DNA of 64,000 nucleotides, taken from assembly GCA_020432165.1 (NCBI GenBank), contig JAGQGU010000041.1, positions 40,115-104,114 on the forward strand, in the 5' to 3' direction. Shown here piece by piece: positions 19,082 to 29,382 of the stretch (within the stretch, counting starts at the first letter, position 1; each line of letters begins with the position of its first letter). Source of the stretch: Thermomicrobiales bacterium. Its GTDB lineage: Bacteria > Chloroflexota > Chloroflexia > Thermomicrobiales > UBA6265. A model generated the notes under the pieces. It saw only the letters and a list, made by a program, of their open reading frames with translations. It was not told the origin of the DNA and made no database searches. Both the position numbers and the translations under genes were made by a program.

Positions 19082-20593
19082 CTATAGATTCGCCAGATAG
19101 CCACTGCGAACGAGAGAGGTCGCAGATTCCATATCTGCATGCATCCAGCGATCATGCTCCATGAAAGGCACCGATTGCCGTAGCGTACCGCGCACCTCTT
19201 CCAGCGTCTCGCTGGAAGTCAGCGGTGAATGGAAATCGCACCCTTGCGCGGCGACGAGCAGTTCAATCCCCAGCACAGCTTCGGCGTTGCGCAACATCGA
19301 TTGCAGCCTGCGCGCACCATGGGCCGCCATGGAGACGTGATCTTCCTGATTGGCACTGGTGGGAATGGAATCCACACTAGCCGGTGTTGCCCGCTGCTTG
19401 TTCTCACTCACCAATGCTGCCGCAGTCACCTGCGGGATCATGAAACCGCTATTCAGTCCCGGATTCGGTGTCAAGAACGCGGGCAATCCCGAAAGAGCAG
19501 GATCGATGAGCATGGCGATCCGGCGCTCGGAGAGCGAGCCGATCTCACATATAGCCAACGCCAACATATCTGCCGCGAATGCCACGGGCTCCGCGTGGAA
19601 GTTGCCACCGCTCAACGCTTCATCGGGATCACCCGCGAAGACGAGTGGATTATCGGTGACACCATTGGCCTCAATCTCCAGGGTAGCGGCCGCCTGACGG
19701 ACGATATCCAACGCCGCACCCATGACCTGCGGCTGACAACGGAGGCAATAGGGATCCTGCACCCGTGCATCATCAATACGATGGCTCTCCCGAATCGCAC
19801 TGCCAGCCATCAAAGCGAGCAATCTCGCCGCGACATCTTTCTGCCCGGCATGACCGCGGATTTCGTGGATACGGCTGTCAAAGGGAGTGTCGCTTCCCTT
19901 GGCGGCTTCGGTGCTGAGGGCACCGGTGACCAGAGCGGATGCGTGAAGTCGCTCAGTCTCGAACAGCGCCGCCAATGCATGCGCCGTGCTGAACTGCGTA
20001 CCGTTAAGGAGTGCCAGCCCTTCTTTTGGCCCCAGAGCAACCGGCTGCAATCCCGCCACAGCCAAAGCATCGCGCGATGACAAGCGTCCGGAAGGCGTAT
20101 CGCACTCGCTTTCGCCAATCATGGCCGCTGCCATATGACTGAGTGGAGCGAGATCGCCACTGGCACCGACCGATCCCTTCCCGGGAATCACCGGCGTAAC
20201 CCCGGCAGCGATCATTGCCTGCAAGAGCTGGACGGTTTCCTCGCGCACACCGGAATAGCCCTGTCCAATACTGCCCAGTTTCAGGGCCATGATCAATCGC
20301 ACAATCTGCGGCGATACCGATTCGCCAGTGCCAGCAGCGTGACTCATCACGATGTTGCGTTGCAGCGTGGAGAGATCAGCCTCATCAATGCGTACACTGG
20401 CCAACTTGCCGAATCCGGTATTCACGCCATAGACCGGTTCGCCACGCGCCACAATTCGCGCGATTGCCTCCGCTCCGGCACGAACGCGTGGCCAGGTGGC
20501 TTCATTCAGCACGGGCACCGCGCCAAAGTAAATAGATCGCCATTGATCGAGCGAAACCGAACCGGGTGTGATCTGCACTGATTCCACCTGCAT
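19082..20593 (-). CDS. hutH: histidine ammonia-lyase
   Basis: start trimmed to ATG 20593 (AGGAG upstream, 7 nt after hutI stop); MIO-forming ASG in [14 protein letters not shown]. Confidence 0.95.
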   Translation of the reverse strand: MQVESVQITPGSVSLDQWRSIYFGAVPVLNEATWPRVRAGAEAIARIVARGEPVYGVNTGFGKLASVRIDEADLSTLQRNIVMSHAAGTGESVSPQIVRLIMALKLGSIGQGYSGVREETVQLLQAMIAAGVTPVIPGKGSVGASGDLAPLSHMAAAMIGESECDTPSGRLSSRDALAVAGLQPVALGPKEGLALLNGTQFSTAHALAALFETERLHASALVTGALSTEAAKGSDTPFDSRIHEIRGHAGQKDVAARLLALMAGSAIRESHRIDDARVQDPYCLRCQPQVMGAALDIVRQAAATLEIEANGVTDNPLVFAGDPDEALSGGNFHAEPVAFAADMLALAICEIGSLSERRIAMLIDPALSGLPAFLTPNPGLNSGFMIPQVTAAALVSENKQRATPASVDSIPTSANQEDHVSMAAHGARRLQSMLRNAEAVLGIELLVAAQGCDFHSPLTSSETLEEVRGTLRQSVPFMEHDRWMHADMESATSLVRSGYLANL

Positions 20594-20600
20594 GCTCCTG

Positions 20601-21881
20601 TTAGTCAATTCTTCCACGCCAGACGCGTAACCAAAGCGGATTGCCACCGATGTTGTAGACCAGCTCGGCGGGTGTACCGACATCCCAAATCGCCAGATCA
20701 GCACGCTTGCCGATCTCAATCGTGCCTATACGCTCATCCCGCCGCAATGCCCGCGCGGCGTTGATCGTCACTCCCAACAAACACTCTTCCACCGTGAGGC
20801 CGAAGAGTGTCGCTGCCATATTCGTTGCCAGCAATAGCGAGTTGAGTGGCGATGTCCCGGGGTTGTGATCCGTGGCAACGGCCATGGGCACACCATACCG
20901 GCGGAATGCATCCACGGGTGGTTTCTGTTGCTCCCGAATGAAGTAGTAAGCACCTGGCAATATCACCGCCACAGTCCCGGCGGCAGCCATCGCCTGTGCG
21001 CCCGCATCGCTGGTGTACTCCAGATGATCGGCACTGGCTGCATGCCAATCCGCAGCAAGCTGTGCGCCACCAAGATCACTCAACTGATCGGCGTGAATCC
21101 GGATATCAACACCCAGATCCTGCGCCTTCTGCAACAGGGGTATCAGTTCGTCCGGTTGGAAGGCGATACCTTCACAAAACATATCGATGGCATCGAAGCC
21201 AGCCGCCGCACAGACGCGATCGACATCATCGTCCACCAGATGTTGGACCCACTCCGCGCGGCTCATGCCTGCATCCTGTGGCATCACATGAGCAGCCAGA
21301 TAGGTACGGTAGACATCCAACGGCAGTTGCTGCGTCATCGCTTTGGCACGGTTGAGCAAAAACGCTTCGGTTTCGGCGCGGACACCATACCCGCTCTTTA
21401 CTTCCACTGTGGTGATGCCCTGATCAATCAAGCGGCGAAAGCGCTTCTCCTCAGCACGATGATTCGGGGTATCAGCGCGCATACGCGCGGCATCCTCACC
21501 GGTCTCGCAGATGGCACAGGCAAGCTCGGCCTCAGCGTTCTCCTGAAGCGCAATCTCGGCTTCGGTAGCAGCGACGCTGCTGAGAATGCCACCACCGGCA
21601 CTCGCGATCTCCCCGTACGTCGCTCCGGCCAGCCGCATCTCGAACTCGGCGGCCCGATTGCCATCATAGACAAGGTGAGTGTGACAATCGATCAGCCCCG
21701 GAGTAAGTAATCTGCCCCCACAATCGATCTCTTCCGCATGATCGAACGCAGGCAGGTCGTTTTCAGCACCAACCCAGACGATCTCCTCGCCCAGGCAAAC
21801 CACGGCACCATGCGACAGCGTCGCAATACCGTCGACCATGGTGCAGAGATGCACGTTGCGAAAAACGAGGTGTGGCAACAT
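20601..21881 (-). CDS. hutI: imidazolonepropionase
   Basis: 426 aa; [27 protein letters not shown], amidohydrolase-fold metal ligands. Confidence 0.95.
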   Translation of the reverse strand: MLPHLVFRNVHLCTMVDGIATLSHGAVVCLGEEIVWVGAENDLPAFDHAEEIDCGGRLLTPGLIDCHTHLVYDGNRAAEFEMRLAGATYGEIASAGGGILSSVAATEAEIALQENAEAELACAICETGEDAARMRADTPNHRAEEKRFRRLIDQGITTVEVKSGYGVRAETEAFLLNRAKAMTQQLPLDVYRTYLAAHVMPQDAGMSRAEWVQHLVDDDVDRVCAAAGFDAIDMFCEGIAFQPDELIPLLQKAQDLGVDIRIHADQLSDLGGAQLAADWHAASADHLEYTSDAGAQAMAAAGTVAVILPGAYYFIREQQKPPVDAFRRYGVPMAVATDHNPGTSPLNSLLLATNMAATLFGLTVEECLLGVTINAARALRRDERIGTIEIGKRADLAIWDVGTPAELVYNIGGNPLWLRVWRGRID

Positions 21882-21920
21882 CCGCGATGCGATCCTTTCC
21901 AGCCGGACAATGGTCTCAGT

Positions 21921-24083
21921 TTACTCTGAACCCTGCTGAGCCAGTATGTGTACTGAGTCGCCGATGCTAGTCAGATCGGTAGAGAGCTGCGACGCCTGCT
22001 GCATGAGTCCATACCAGGCCATTGCTTGCGGTTCGTCGTTATCCAGATGCATCAAGGCATCCTTCATCCATATCACCGCGTCGCTCACCCTGGTCATGGC
22101 ATTGGGTGGATCACTACGATTGATCAGGGCAATCGAAATCTGGTCAAGCGCGCGATCCGTGCTGTGCACATACTCCTGAAATGCAAGAGATAACTCCTGA
22201 TTGATCTCCTGATCACGGATGATGCGGGCGTAAGCCTCCAACCGCAGAGTGGTCCAGACCATTGTTCGCAGCTCTCCCAGCAACTCGTCCATCGCATCGC
22301 GGTGAGACTCGCTGATATCTGGCTCCTGTACCGTCCTGCGAATAGCATCCTCGGCGGAGGCGCGTGCCACCCGGGCGATCGTGCGGCGTTGAGTGAGAAG
22401 CGGCAGATTAAGAGGGATATCACCGATCGATGCTGGCATTCCCAGATTGAACGAGTCACGAAATCGATCGATACATTCCGCCATCAGGTCTCGTAGTTGC
22501 AGTTGTTCCCAGGTCGGCCACAGCACAAAGGCGACACCAGCGATGGCACCACCCAGGGCCACATTCAGGGCACGATCGACAAAGGCATCTTGCGCGGAAA
22601 CGTGAGCCAACTGCAGCAAGCTGACAATATAGGCCGCCACCATTCCCATGCCAAAGGCAATATTGGAAGCACCGTAGAGACGCTGCAGATAGACAAGGAT
22701 GCCAATGACAAGGATCTCCAACCAAATCTGGCGGGGCAGCACGATGGCCAGTACGGTGCCGAGCACCAATCCACCGAATGTACCCAGCCAGGCTCCAGTC
22801 ATGCGGTTGAGGGTATCGCCATAGTAGGGTCGTAGAACGACAACGACTGTCACAGGACTCCAGTACCAGAATGGAATCTGCAGAAGATTCGCCAGTATGC
22901 CGGCCAACGCCACGCAGGCGGCGAGACGGACGGCGTGTCTTGCCATAGGAGAGCGGGCACGAATATTGAGCCGAATCAACTGCAGCGTCGCCCGCGCACG
23001 TTCCCGCATCGCACCGATGATCGCGCCCGGATGCACCCCGCCGATCCGCTTGTCACGTTGCTGATCAGCAAGGCGCTCGGTCTCCTCCAGGCGCCGTATC
23101 AGCACATTCGTTAGCTCGTCCCAGGAGCCCCGCTGACGATCATCACCCTCCGACCAACCATTACCGAGTGTTGTAGTCGCCGCACGGGCACGTCGGATCG
23201 CAGTATCCACTTCATCTGCTTCAACATGCCCGAGCAGGAACGCGCCAAGCACCTCCAATGTATCGGAAAGGCTCCGCCGCACCGCTTGCCAGGCGTCATA
23301 TTGGCCTGGATTCTGCGCCACCAGGGGTTCGGTGGCATCGGCCAGCGCCATCAATTCGGATTGCAGACGATGAATGCAGAGCAAGAACGGTGCGCGATCC
23401 GCCGGAGAACGATAAAGCGCGAAGGCTTGCTGCAATGCGGTCGCCTGGGTAATCGCCATCGCGGCGGGAACCTCGCCCCGCGTCTCGGGAGAGCGAATGT
23501 AGGCAGCAAGCTCTCGGAAGATACGGTCCAACGCGTGATCATCCGGATTTCGGGCGGGTGCTGGTGCGGCGGAAAGCGAGAGCAACGTCTGAACAATACC
23601 CGCGGCCAGCACGATACCAGCCGTGCCGAGCGCTCCAGGCAAGTCGTGAGGTCGATTCGATGCCACCAGGAGCGCGATGATCATGGTGGCGCCACTCTGG
23701 AGCATCCCGGGACCATACGCCGAGAGGAGTCCCACGATCAGCGCAAATATCGTCGCTGCAATGATCACAAGTGAGACGTGCCAACCCAAAAGGCAACCGA
23801 AAAAGACCGCGATCGTGGCACCGATAACGGTCCAAAACATACGCGGCGCTTTGGTGACATCCAGGCCGGGGCGATCGGACATACACACATTGAGTGTGCC
23901 GATACCGGCAATGAGGGCAGCGGTGGGATTCCCGAGGACGCTGGCAATAATGAGCGGAAGCATGACACCGATGGCATTCCGGAGTGCCATCGCGTGGGAG
24001 GTGGGGCGAAGTCTGCTGGTGATGTGTCCCCGAATCGCACGGCCAAACGAGGTGCCGTACCGAATGCCCTTCTCCATCACCAC
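21921..24083 (-). CDS. FUSC-like (fusaric acid resistance/aromatic acid exporter-type) integral membrane protein
   Basis: 720 aa with two clusters of TM helices separated by long helical soluble regions. Confidence 0.55.
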   Translation of the reverse strand: MVMEKGIRYGTSFGRAIRGHITSRLRPTSHAMALRNAIGVMLPLIIASVLGNPTAALIAGIGTLNVCMSDRPGLDVTKAPRMFWTVIGATIAVFFGCLLGWHVSLVIIAATIFALIVGLLSAYGPGMLQSGATMIIALLVASNRPHDLPGALGTAGIVLAAGIVQTLLSLSAAPAPARNPDDHALDRIFRELAAYIRSPETRGEVPAAMAITQATALQQAFALYRSPADRAPFLLCIHRLQSELMALADATEPLVAQNPGQYDAWQAVRRSLSDTLEVLGAFLLGHVEADEVDTAIRRARAATTTLGNGWSEGDDRQRGSWDELTNVLIRRLEETERLADQQRDKRIGGVHPGAIIGAMRERARATLQLIRLNIRARSPMARHAVRLAACVALAGILANLLQIPFWYWSPVTVVVVLRPYYGDTLNRMTGAWLGTFGGLVLGTVLAIVLPRQIWLEILVIGILVYLQRLYGASNIAFGMGMVAAYIVSLLQLAHVSAQDAFVDRALNVALGGAIAGVAFVLWPTWEQLQLRDLMAECIDRFRDSFNLGMPASIGDIPLNLPLLTQRRTIARVARASAEDAIRRTVQEPDISESHRDAMDELLGELRTMVWTTLRLEAYARIIRDQEINQELSLAFQEYVHSTDRALDQISIALINRSDPPNAMTRVSDAVIWMKDALMHLDNDEPQAMAWYGLMQQASQLSTDLTSIGDSVHILAQQGSE

Positions 24084-24153
24084 ATTACCCGCTATCGAAC
24101 CACCAGTGGTTCACTCTCCGCATTATACGGAAGTTCAAGGCAATCGGCGGCTA

Positions 24154-25275
24154 TTATCCAGCAACAAGCCCGTCATATGTGGTTGATTCGACATCTACAC
24201 GAAGCTCGGTCTCACCAAATGGCAACCAGAGATCAATCGGCCAGCGTCGCAAGGGTGCGATGACTCGATCCGTCGCCAGAACCGATTGGGTAGCAGCACT
24301 CTCCAGCGCGAGATGCACAAACTCCATACCGCGCCAACTCTGGAAGAAGTCGCCGATAACCGGTGCCCCTTCCGTAACAGCCTCGTAGAAGTTCTGGAAC
24401 TCGGAGATGTATCCCAGATCCTGCTGCGTCACCACGTACTTCTCGGTCTGACCATTTCGCCAGACGAGAATACGCTCATTGTTCACGCTCATCACACCGT
24501 TACTGCCATAAATGCGCACGCCATCTTCGTCTGGCGGCATGGGCAGACTCGGCGATGCCAGCATGAAGCTGCCGATGGCATCGTCACTGAAGCGGAGATT
24601 AGCGCTCAACTGGCTGGCACCACCGTGCGTCTCGTTCGCATCCTGCACCTGCGCGCTAATCGTATCGATATCACCCATCAACATGCGTAACATCGCGATC
24701 TGGTGAACACCACCATCGAGATGAGGTCCGCCCTCGTAGGCACCCTGCCAACGCCAGGGGGTGCTGCTGAACTCACCTGGACGTGGGATCAGCTGCTTCA
24801 AACGCCGGAAACTAGCGGTATGCATCCTGCCAATAGCACCCTGCTGAAGCAATTGCATGGCGAAACGGAGATCGTCCCGATAGAACCAGTTCTCAGCGAT
24901 CATCAGTACCTGATCGGCGTGATCATCAACCACTTCCCATAACGCATTCGCTTCGGTGAACGTGGCTGCCTGCGGCTTCTCACAGAGGACGTGCTTGCCG
25001 GATTCAAGTGCCACCGTGAGCACATCGGCGACAAGGGGAATAGGCAAGGAGATGAGCACCGCATCGATATCGTCGCGCTGCAGGAGCTCGTGGTAGGCAC
25101 GTGTGAACTGTTCCCGATCCGCACCGGAATAGTCGGCGAAGTGCTGTGCATGTTCGGTATTCAGATCGCAGAATGCCGCGACCCGGAATCGATCTCCCAG
25201 CGCCTGCAATGCCGGCCAATGGAGTTTTTCTACCGCGAGTCCGGTACCGATGATGCCGAGATTGAGAGTGGTCAT
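24154..25275 (-). CDS. Gfo/Idh/MocA family oxidoreductase
   Basis: 373 aa; N-terminal Rossmann LNLGIIGTGLA, EKP motif (HVLCEKP). Confidence 0.85.
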   Translation of the reverse strand: MTTLNLGIIGTGLAVEKLHWPALQALGDRFRVAAFCDLNTEHAQHFADYSGADREQFTRAYHELLQRDDIDAVLISLPIPLVADVLTVALESGKHVLCEKPQAATFTEANALWEVVDDHADQVLMIAENWFYRDDLRFAMQLLQQGAIGRMHTASFRRLKQLIPRPGEFSSTPWRWQGAYEGGPHLDGGVHQIAMLRMLMGDIDTISAQVQDANETHGGASQLSANLRFSDDAIGSFMLASPSLPMPPDEDGVRIYGSNGVMSVNNERILVWRNGQTEKYVVTQQDLGYISEFQNFYEAVTEGAPVIGDFFQSWRGMEFVHLALESAATQSVLATDRVIAPLRRWPIDLWLPFGETELRVDVESTTYDGLVAG

Positions 25276-25805
25276 GCGCGTCGTCCCATCACGATAATGC
25301 TGTCGTCTGGATAATCGGTATAGCGAAAGTCTGTGAGCAGATCCGTGAATCCATGAGCCAGATAGAGTGCATGTGTGCGCGGCTCCGTGGCCTCAACCGA
25401 GAGAAGTATCGGTTCCTGGACATCATTCAGGAACACATTAATCAGATGGGAACCGATTCCTTTACCCTGGAACTGCGGCAGTACCGCGATTTCGGCAAGT
25501 TCCAACGCATCCTTCAGCCATTCCTCGAGTCCGGCCGCGACCAGGTCTGGGGCGACCTCGTCATGCCACCATTGGCCAGCCTGGCTCCGGTAGCCATAAA
25601 TGAATCCGACAGGATTGTCATCGATTGCTGCCAGAAAGAGGCGGAATCCGGGCCAAAGGACGTGCTTGGGGAATGTTCCCTGGACAAACGCGATGGCATC
25701 CTCATTGGTGACCTGCGTTGCAGCGCTCCAGATTCCAGCAACGGCTCCCGCCACAGCAAGTGCCCGAAACGGTTCGATTTGAACGATGCTAACCGGTACT
25801 GACAA
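25272..25805 (-). CDS. GNAT family N-acetyltransferase
   Basis: start set to TTG 25805 with GGAGG 7 nt upstream; acetyl-CoA block VLPQFQGKGIGSHL; ATGA overlap with the downstream Gfo gene. Confidence 0.7.
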   Translation of the reverse strand: MSVPVSIVQIEPFRALAVAGAVAGIWSAATQVTNEDAIAFVQGTFPKHVLWPGFRLFLAAIDDNPVGFIYGYRSQAGQWWHDEVAPDLVAAGLEEWLKDALELAEIAVLPQFQGKGIGSHLINVFLNDVQEPILLSVEATEPRTHALYLAHGFTDLLTDFRYTDYPDDSIIVMGRRA

Positions 25806-25860
25806 TGAGAAGCCTCCTTGCTGCCATGTACATCCAGCGTAGCACGGGATGTTAACCGAC

Positions 25861-25886
25861 AGCACCCTGGCCGAAACCAGGGTGCT
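25861..25886 (-). terminator. stem-loop after LPNTG protein A
   Basis: perfect 10-bp stem AGCACCCTGG/CCAGGGTGCT with loop CCGAAA, 32 nt past the stop at 25918. Confidence 0.5.
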
Positions 25887-25917
25887 GCCTCTCAAACTAA
25901 CTCATACGGGTTCGGAT

Positions 25918-28900
25918 TCAGGATTCCGATCCACTGCGACGGACACGGATACCAGCCAGAACCACCGCTGCGGCCACCATCACGAGCGCGCTCCCCAGCA
26001 ATGCTGTTCCGATTCCGTCATTGCCACTACCTGTGTTTGGCAGACCAGTCACAGCTTGCGTGGCCGTGGCTGTCGCTGCAGGCTCCGTGGGTGTAGCTCC
26101 CGGCTCGGTCGGTGTTGCCGCAGGCACTGTTGGGGAGGGCGATGGCGATGGTGTGGTGCAGTCCGGCGCTTCCGCAAACGTATGCGTTACGACCACCGTA
26201 CTCGGGTCACCATCCACCGGTACCCAGCCGGTGCCCGTCAGATCACCCCAGACGTTCTTCGTTATATCAATGGTTGCGTAGATGACAACCGTCTTGCCTG
26301 CGCCAATCTCCGTCACGGTGGCGTAGCCGATACCATCGACGGGTTCTACCGATAGCGTTGCGTCGGTCGTACACGTCGCTTCCGTGAATGTGATCCCCGG
26401 CACAAGAGGGGTACGGCAATCTGGAGCGTCCGCGAAGGTGTGCGTTACTACCACCGTGCTCGGGTCACCATCTACCGGTACCCAGCCGGTGCCGGTCAGG
26501 TCACCCCAGAAGTTCTCCGTTATATCGATGGTGGCGTAGATGACAACCGTCTTGCCTGCGCCAATCTCGGTCACGGTAGCGTAGCCGATACCATCGACGG
26601 GTTCTACCGATAGCGTTGCGTCGGTCGTACAGGTTGCTTCCGTGAACGTGATTCCTGGCACAAGGGGGGTACGGCAATCCGGCGCCTCCGCAAAGGTATG
26701 CGTGATTCTCACACTGCTCGGATCTCCATCTACCGGCACCCAGCCAGTACCCGTCAGATCACCCCAGACGTTCTTCGTCAGATCGATCGTTGCATAGAGG
26801 ATGTAGGTCTTCCCCGCTCCAATCTCCGTCACCGTGCCATACCCGACACCGGTGACCGGCGATGCTTCGGCCTTGGCATCCGATGTGCAGGTCGCTTCCG
26901 TGAAGGTCACGATCGGTACAACTGGCGTGCGACAATCCTTGTCAGAGATATGGAAGGTCTGACTGACAACGTGTGATTGACCATCTACCGGCATCCAACC
27001 AGTCCCGGTCAGATCACCCCACGTGTTGATATCCGGATCGATTGTTGCATAGACGGTGACGGTGCCACCGGGCACGATGTCGCCTTCCGTCGTATAGCTG
27101 ATGCCATTGCCATCCTCAGGGACGCCCACTTCTGGTGTGACATCACAATCGAAGTCGACAAACGTCACCGGTGCCGGTGTCACCGCTCCGAGAATCCTGG
27201 TGCTTGCCGTGGCACAGATCTGGCCACCTCCAGGAATCGTCGGATCGCCCGCCGTTATCGATTCAGGTCGGGAATTGTTGGTTTCATATGTGCGCATCGA
27301 GCAAGCCTGGTTGGTGATCGTATCACCAGGTTCGCCCGTCACAATGCCACTGAAGGTAAGCGTGATTGTTGCGGGTCCGGACTGATAATCGATCCAGCCA
27401 TCCATATCCACACTGGCCGGCAAAGCGGTGACAGTGAGCGTATTGCCGTTCAGCGTGTAGCACGGATCACCGGCAAACTCTTCACCATCCACCGCGCAGG
27501 TAACTGAGGCGGGATCGAGTGTGAAGCCCTCCGGGAGCGGATCCGTGAGGGTGATATCGGACCATGTATCGGAAGTCGTTGTGACGACCACGGTATAGGT
27601 CACAGTCTCGCCGGACACGGCTGTCGCCTTATCAACGGTCTTTTCGATGAAATCGCCGCCGCCTTCCGGGAAGAGCTCGTAACATACCTTGCCGCCCCAC
27701 CCGGTGGTATTGCTGGCAATGCCTGGTCCCTGACCGCTGGGTGACGAGTAAATTGTCGCACAGTTCAGATAAGAGACCGCCTCTGGATTCGGATAGGCAG
27801 CGATGGTTACGGTTCCTCGCAATGGAGTCTCACCGTAGAAATCGACCCAGAATCCATCGGTGTAGCAATCGTAGTCGTAATCGTCACCAGTGATCACTTT
27901 GATGTCGATCGTGTTGCAATCAAACGTAAATGTCCCGCTATAGTTCCAGTCATTCATCCAGCTATCGGTGAACATGTCGCCGGTATCGATGGTCCAGATA
28001 ATGATGTCGTTGTCTTCGCTATCGGTGCTCCACTCGCCAGTCTTGCTGGGGGCATTGGCATTGCACAAAATAGGAGCTGAATCTTGGGTGAATGTGCCAC
28101 CGGGATCAGCGACGAAGACAAACTCACCCGTCTCTGTCCCAGACTGTTCTGGTTCACACGTGAAGAGGAGTGTGGCTGGAATAGTGAATTGCGCCCAGTC
28201 ATCCCAGCCGCTGATATCACCTGACTGATTGAAGGTAATGGTAATGACGCCATCCGCTGCAACTGCCGTACCGATGGGCTCATCCATACCTGTACTGGAG
28301 TTGTAGCTGTAGACAAGAACCGGCGCAGTTGAAGCAACCAACTTGTCTGTCTGATATGTGATGGTAACCACGCTGCCGGCCGGTATGGTCTCAGGCACGT
28401 CAAGGTAGATCCCAATCTCCTGATCGCGGATGTCGTATTCCACCCATTCCGCTACCGGATAGCCAGTTCCGATACATTCATCGCCGTATACCGTGAAATC
28501 GTGGTAATACCATGGTGAGCCGTTGTTATAAAGCTCAAGGTACATCTCCGGGGTGTAGTTGCTGGCCGCAGTAACACAGGCATTCCAGGTGATGGGAGCA
28601 TCGAAGACCAGAGTCAATACCAGTGGGCTTGTCGTGACAGTAAAGGTATTGACCGTTGTCAGCTTGATGCTGTTTGTGGATTGATCGATGGCGACACTAA
28701 ATTCATTGGAACTGGCGCTCACCAATGAGTCGACGGAGAATGTCCCGTCGCCATATCCAACCGAGGTGAGGGAAATGAAATCTGGATCGAACCCGGGATT
28801 GGCCTGAGCGGAGAATCCAACCGGGAAGGTAAGCGTCACCGTCATCTGGCTGGTGGTGGCATCGTAGGTGAATGGTTCAAGGACGTAGCCAGAGATCTGC

Positions 28901-29154
28901 TCCTGCGGCTGGACCGAAGGATCATCAGTTTCAGGCTCTTCACTCACATCCGTGGAGGTTTCGGTCGCCTCCGTGTTCTCCTCATCGGTTGCCGGTGTGC
29001 CCTGATCCCCGGAACTCTCGGCGGGAGCGCTCGCTTCCTCAGTCTGGACCGGTTGGGGTGTAGCCTCTATTTGTGCCCAGACGCTGGACTGAGATGACAA
29101 CATCAACATCAGCACCATAAGGAACGCCGGTATCCTCTTCCACCGTGGCTTCAT
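25918..29154 (-). CDS. LPXTG-type (LPNTG) cell-surface protein A
   Basis: 1078 aa; signal peptide ...SSQSSVWA|QI; acidic T/E/P linker; DUF11-like segment GETVTYTVVVTTTSDTWSDITLTDPLPEGFTL; 4 x ~86-aa Cys-bracketed repeats; PT-rich spacer; LPNTG (26029-26043) + hydrophobic helix + RVRRSGSES. Confidence 0.9.
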   Translation of the reverse strand: MKPRWKRIPAFLMVLMLMLSSQSSVWAQIEATPQPVQTEEASAPAESSGDQGTPATDEENTEATETSTDVSEEPETDDPSVQPQEQISGYVLEPFTYDATTSQMTVTLTFPVGFSAQANPGFDPDFISLTSVGYGDGTFSVDSLVSASSNEFSVAIDQSTNSIKLTTVNTFTVTTSPLVLTLVFDAPITWNACVTAASNYTPEMYLELYNNGSPWYYHDFTVYGDECIGTGYPVAEWVEYDIRDQEIGIYLDVPETIPAGSVVTITYQTDKLVASTAPVLVYSYNSSTGMDEPIGTAVAADGVITITFNQSGDISGWDDWAQFTIPATLLFTCEPEQSGTETGEFVFVADPGGTFTQDSAPILCNANAPSKTGEWSTDSEDNDIIIWTIDTGDMFTDSWMNDWNYSGTFTFDCNTIDIKVITGDDYDYDCYTDGFWVDFYGETPLRGTVTIAAYPNPEAVSYLNCATIYSSPSGQGPGIASNTTGWGGKVCYELFPEGGGDFIEKTVDKATAVSGETVTYTVVVTTTSDTWSDITLTDPLPEGFTLDPASVTCAVDGEEFAGDPCYTLNGNTLTVTALPASVDMDGWIDYQSGPATITLTFSGIVTGEPGDTITNQACSMRTYETNNSRPESITAGDPTIPGGGQICATASTRILGAVTPAPVTFVDFDCDVTPEVGVPEDGNGISYTTEGDIVPGGTVTVYATIDPDINTWGDLTGTGWMPVDGQSHVVSQTFHISDKDCRTPVVPIVTFTEATCTSDAKAEASPVTGVGYGTVTEIGAGKTYILYATIDLTKNVWGDLTGTGWVPVDGDPSSVRITHTFAEAPDCRTPLVPGITFTEATCTTDATLSVEPVDGIGYATVTEIGAGKTVVIYATIDITENFWGDLTGTGWVPVDGDPSTVVVTHTFADAPDCRTPLVPGITFTEATCTTDATLSVEPVDGIGYATVTEIGAGKTVVIYATIDITKNVWGDLTGTGWVPVDGDPSTVVVTHTFAEAPDCTTPSPSPSPTVPAATPTEPGATPTEPAATATATQAVTGLPNTGSGNDGIGTALLGSALVMVAAAVVLAGIRVRRSGSES
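26158..27180 (-). repeat. intragenic tandem array: 1 divergent (83 aa) + 3 x 86-aa Cys-bracketed repeats
   Basis: 258-bp period; units 26158-26415, 26416-26673, 26674-26931, 26932-27180; the first two differ at only a few positions. Confidence 0.85.
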
Positions 29155-29278
29155 CTCTCTTCTCTCCCTGATTGCATCCGACGGACATGCTGCTCCGGAG
29201 GAATAAAACAGACTTCCCCCAGATGTTCAGCTCATTGCCTGTGTCCAGCCGGATTCCGGACATGAGTATTGCTACCCG

Positions 29279-29313
29279 ATATTGTCTAGTACTACCGCTT
29301 TATTTGTCTATAG
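29279..29313 (-). promoter_or_regulatory. conserved 35-nt upstream element (putative promoter/operator) of LPNTG gene A
   Basis: minus strand CTATAGACAAATAAAGCGGTAGTACTAGACAATAT, ~125 nt upstream of the ATG; same element at the same distance upstream of gene B; TAGACA-18 nt-GACAAT. Confidence 0.4.
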
Positions 29314-29324
29314 GTACTACGCAA

Positions 29325-29352
29325 CGGCACCCCGGTCGAAACCGAGGTGCCG
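29325..29352 (-). terminator. stem-loop after LPNTG protein B
   Basis: CGGCACC...GGTGCCG outer stem with inner CGGT-CGAA-ACCG; 31 nt past the stop at 29383. Confidence 0.45.
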
Positions 29353-29382
29353 ATAACAATATCGAGATGCAACGAATCTGGA

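Noticed and set aside
13090-21881. Absence of hutG/hutF and a hut regulator considered as a pathway anomaly
   Set aside because: The missing steps may simply be encoded outside this window. It cannot be judged from 64 kb.
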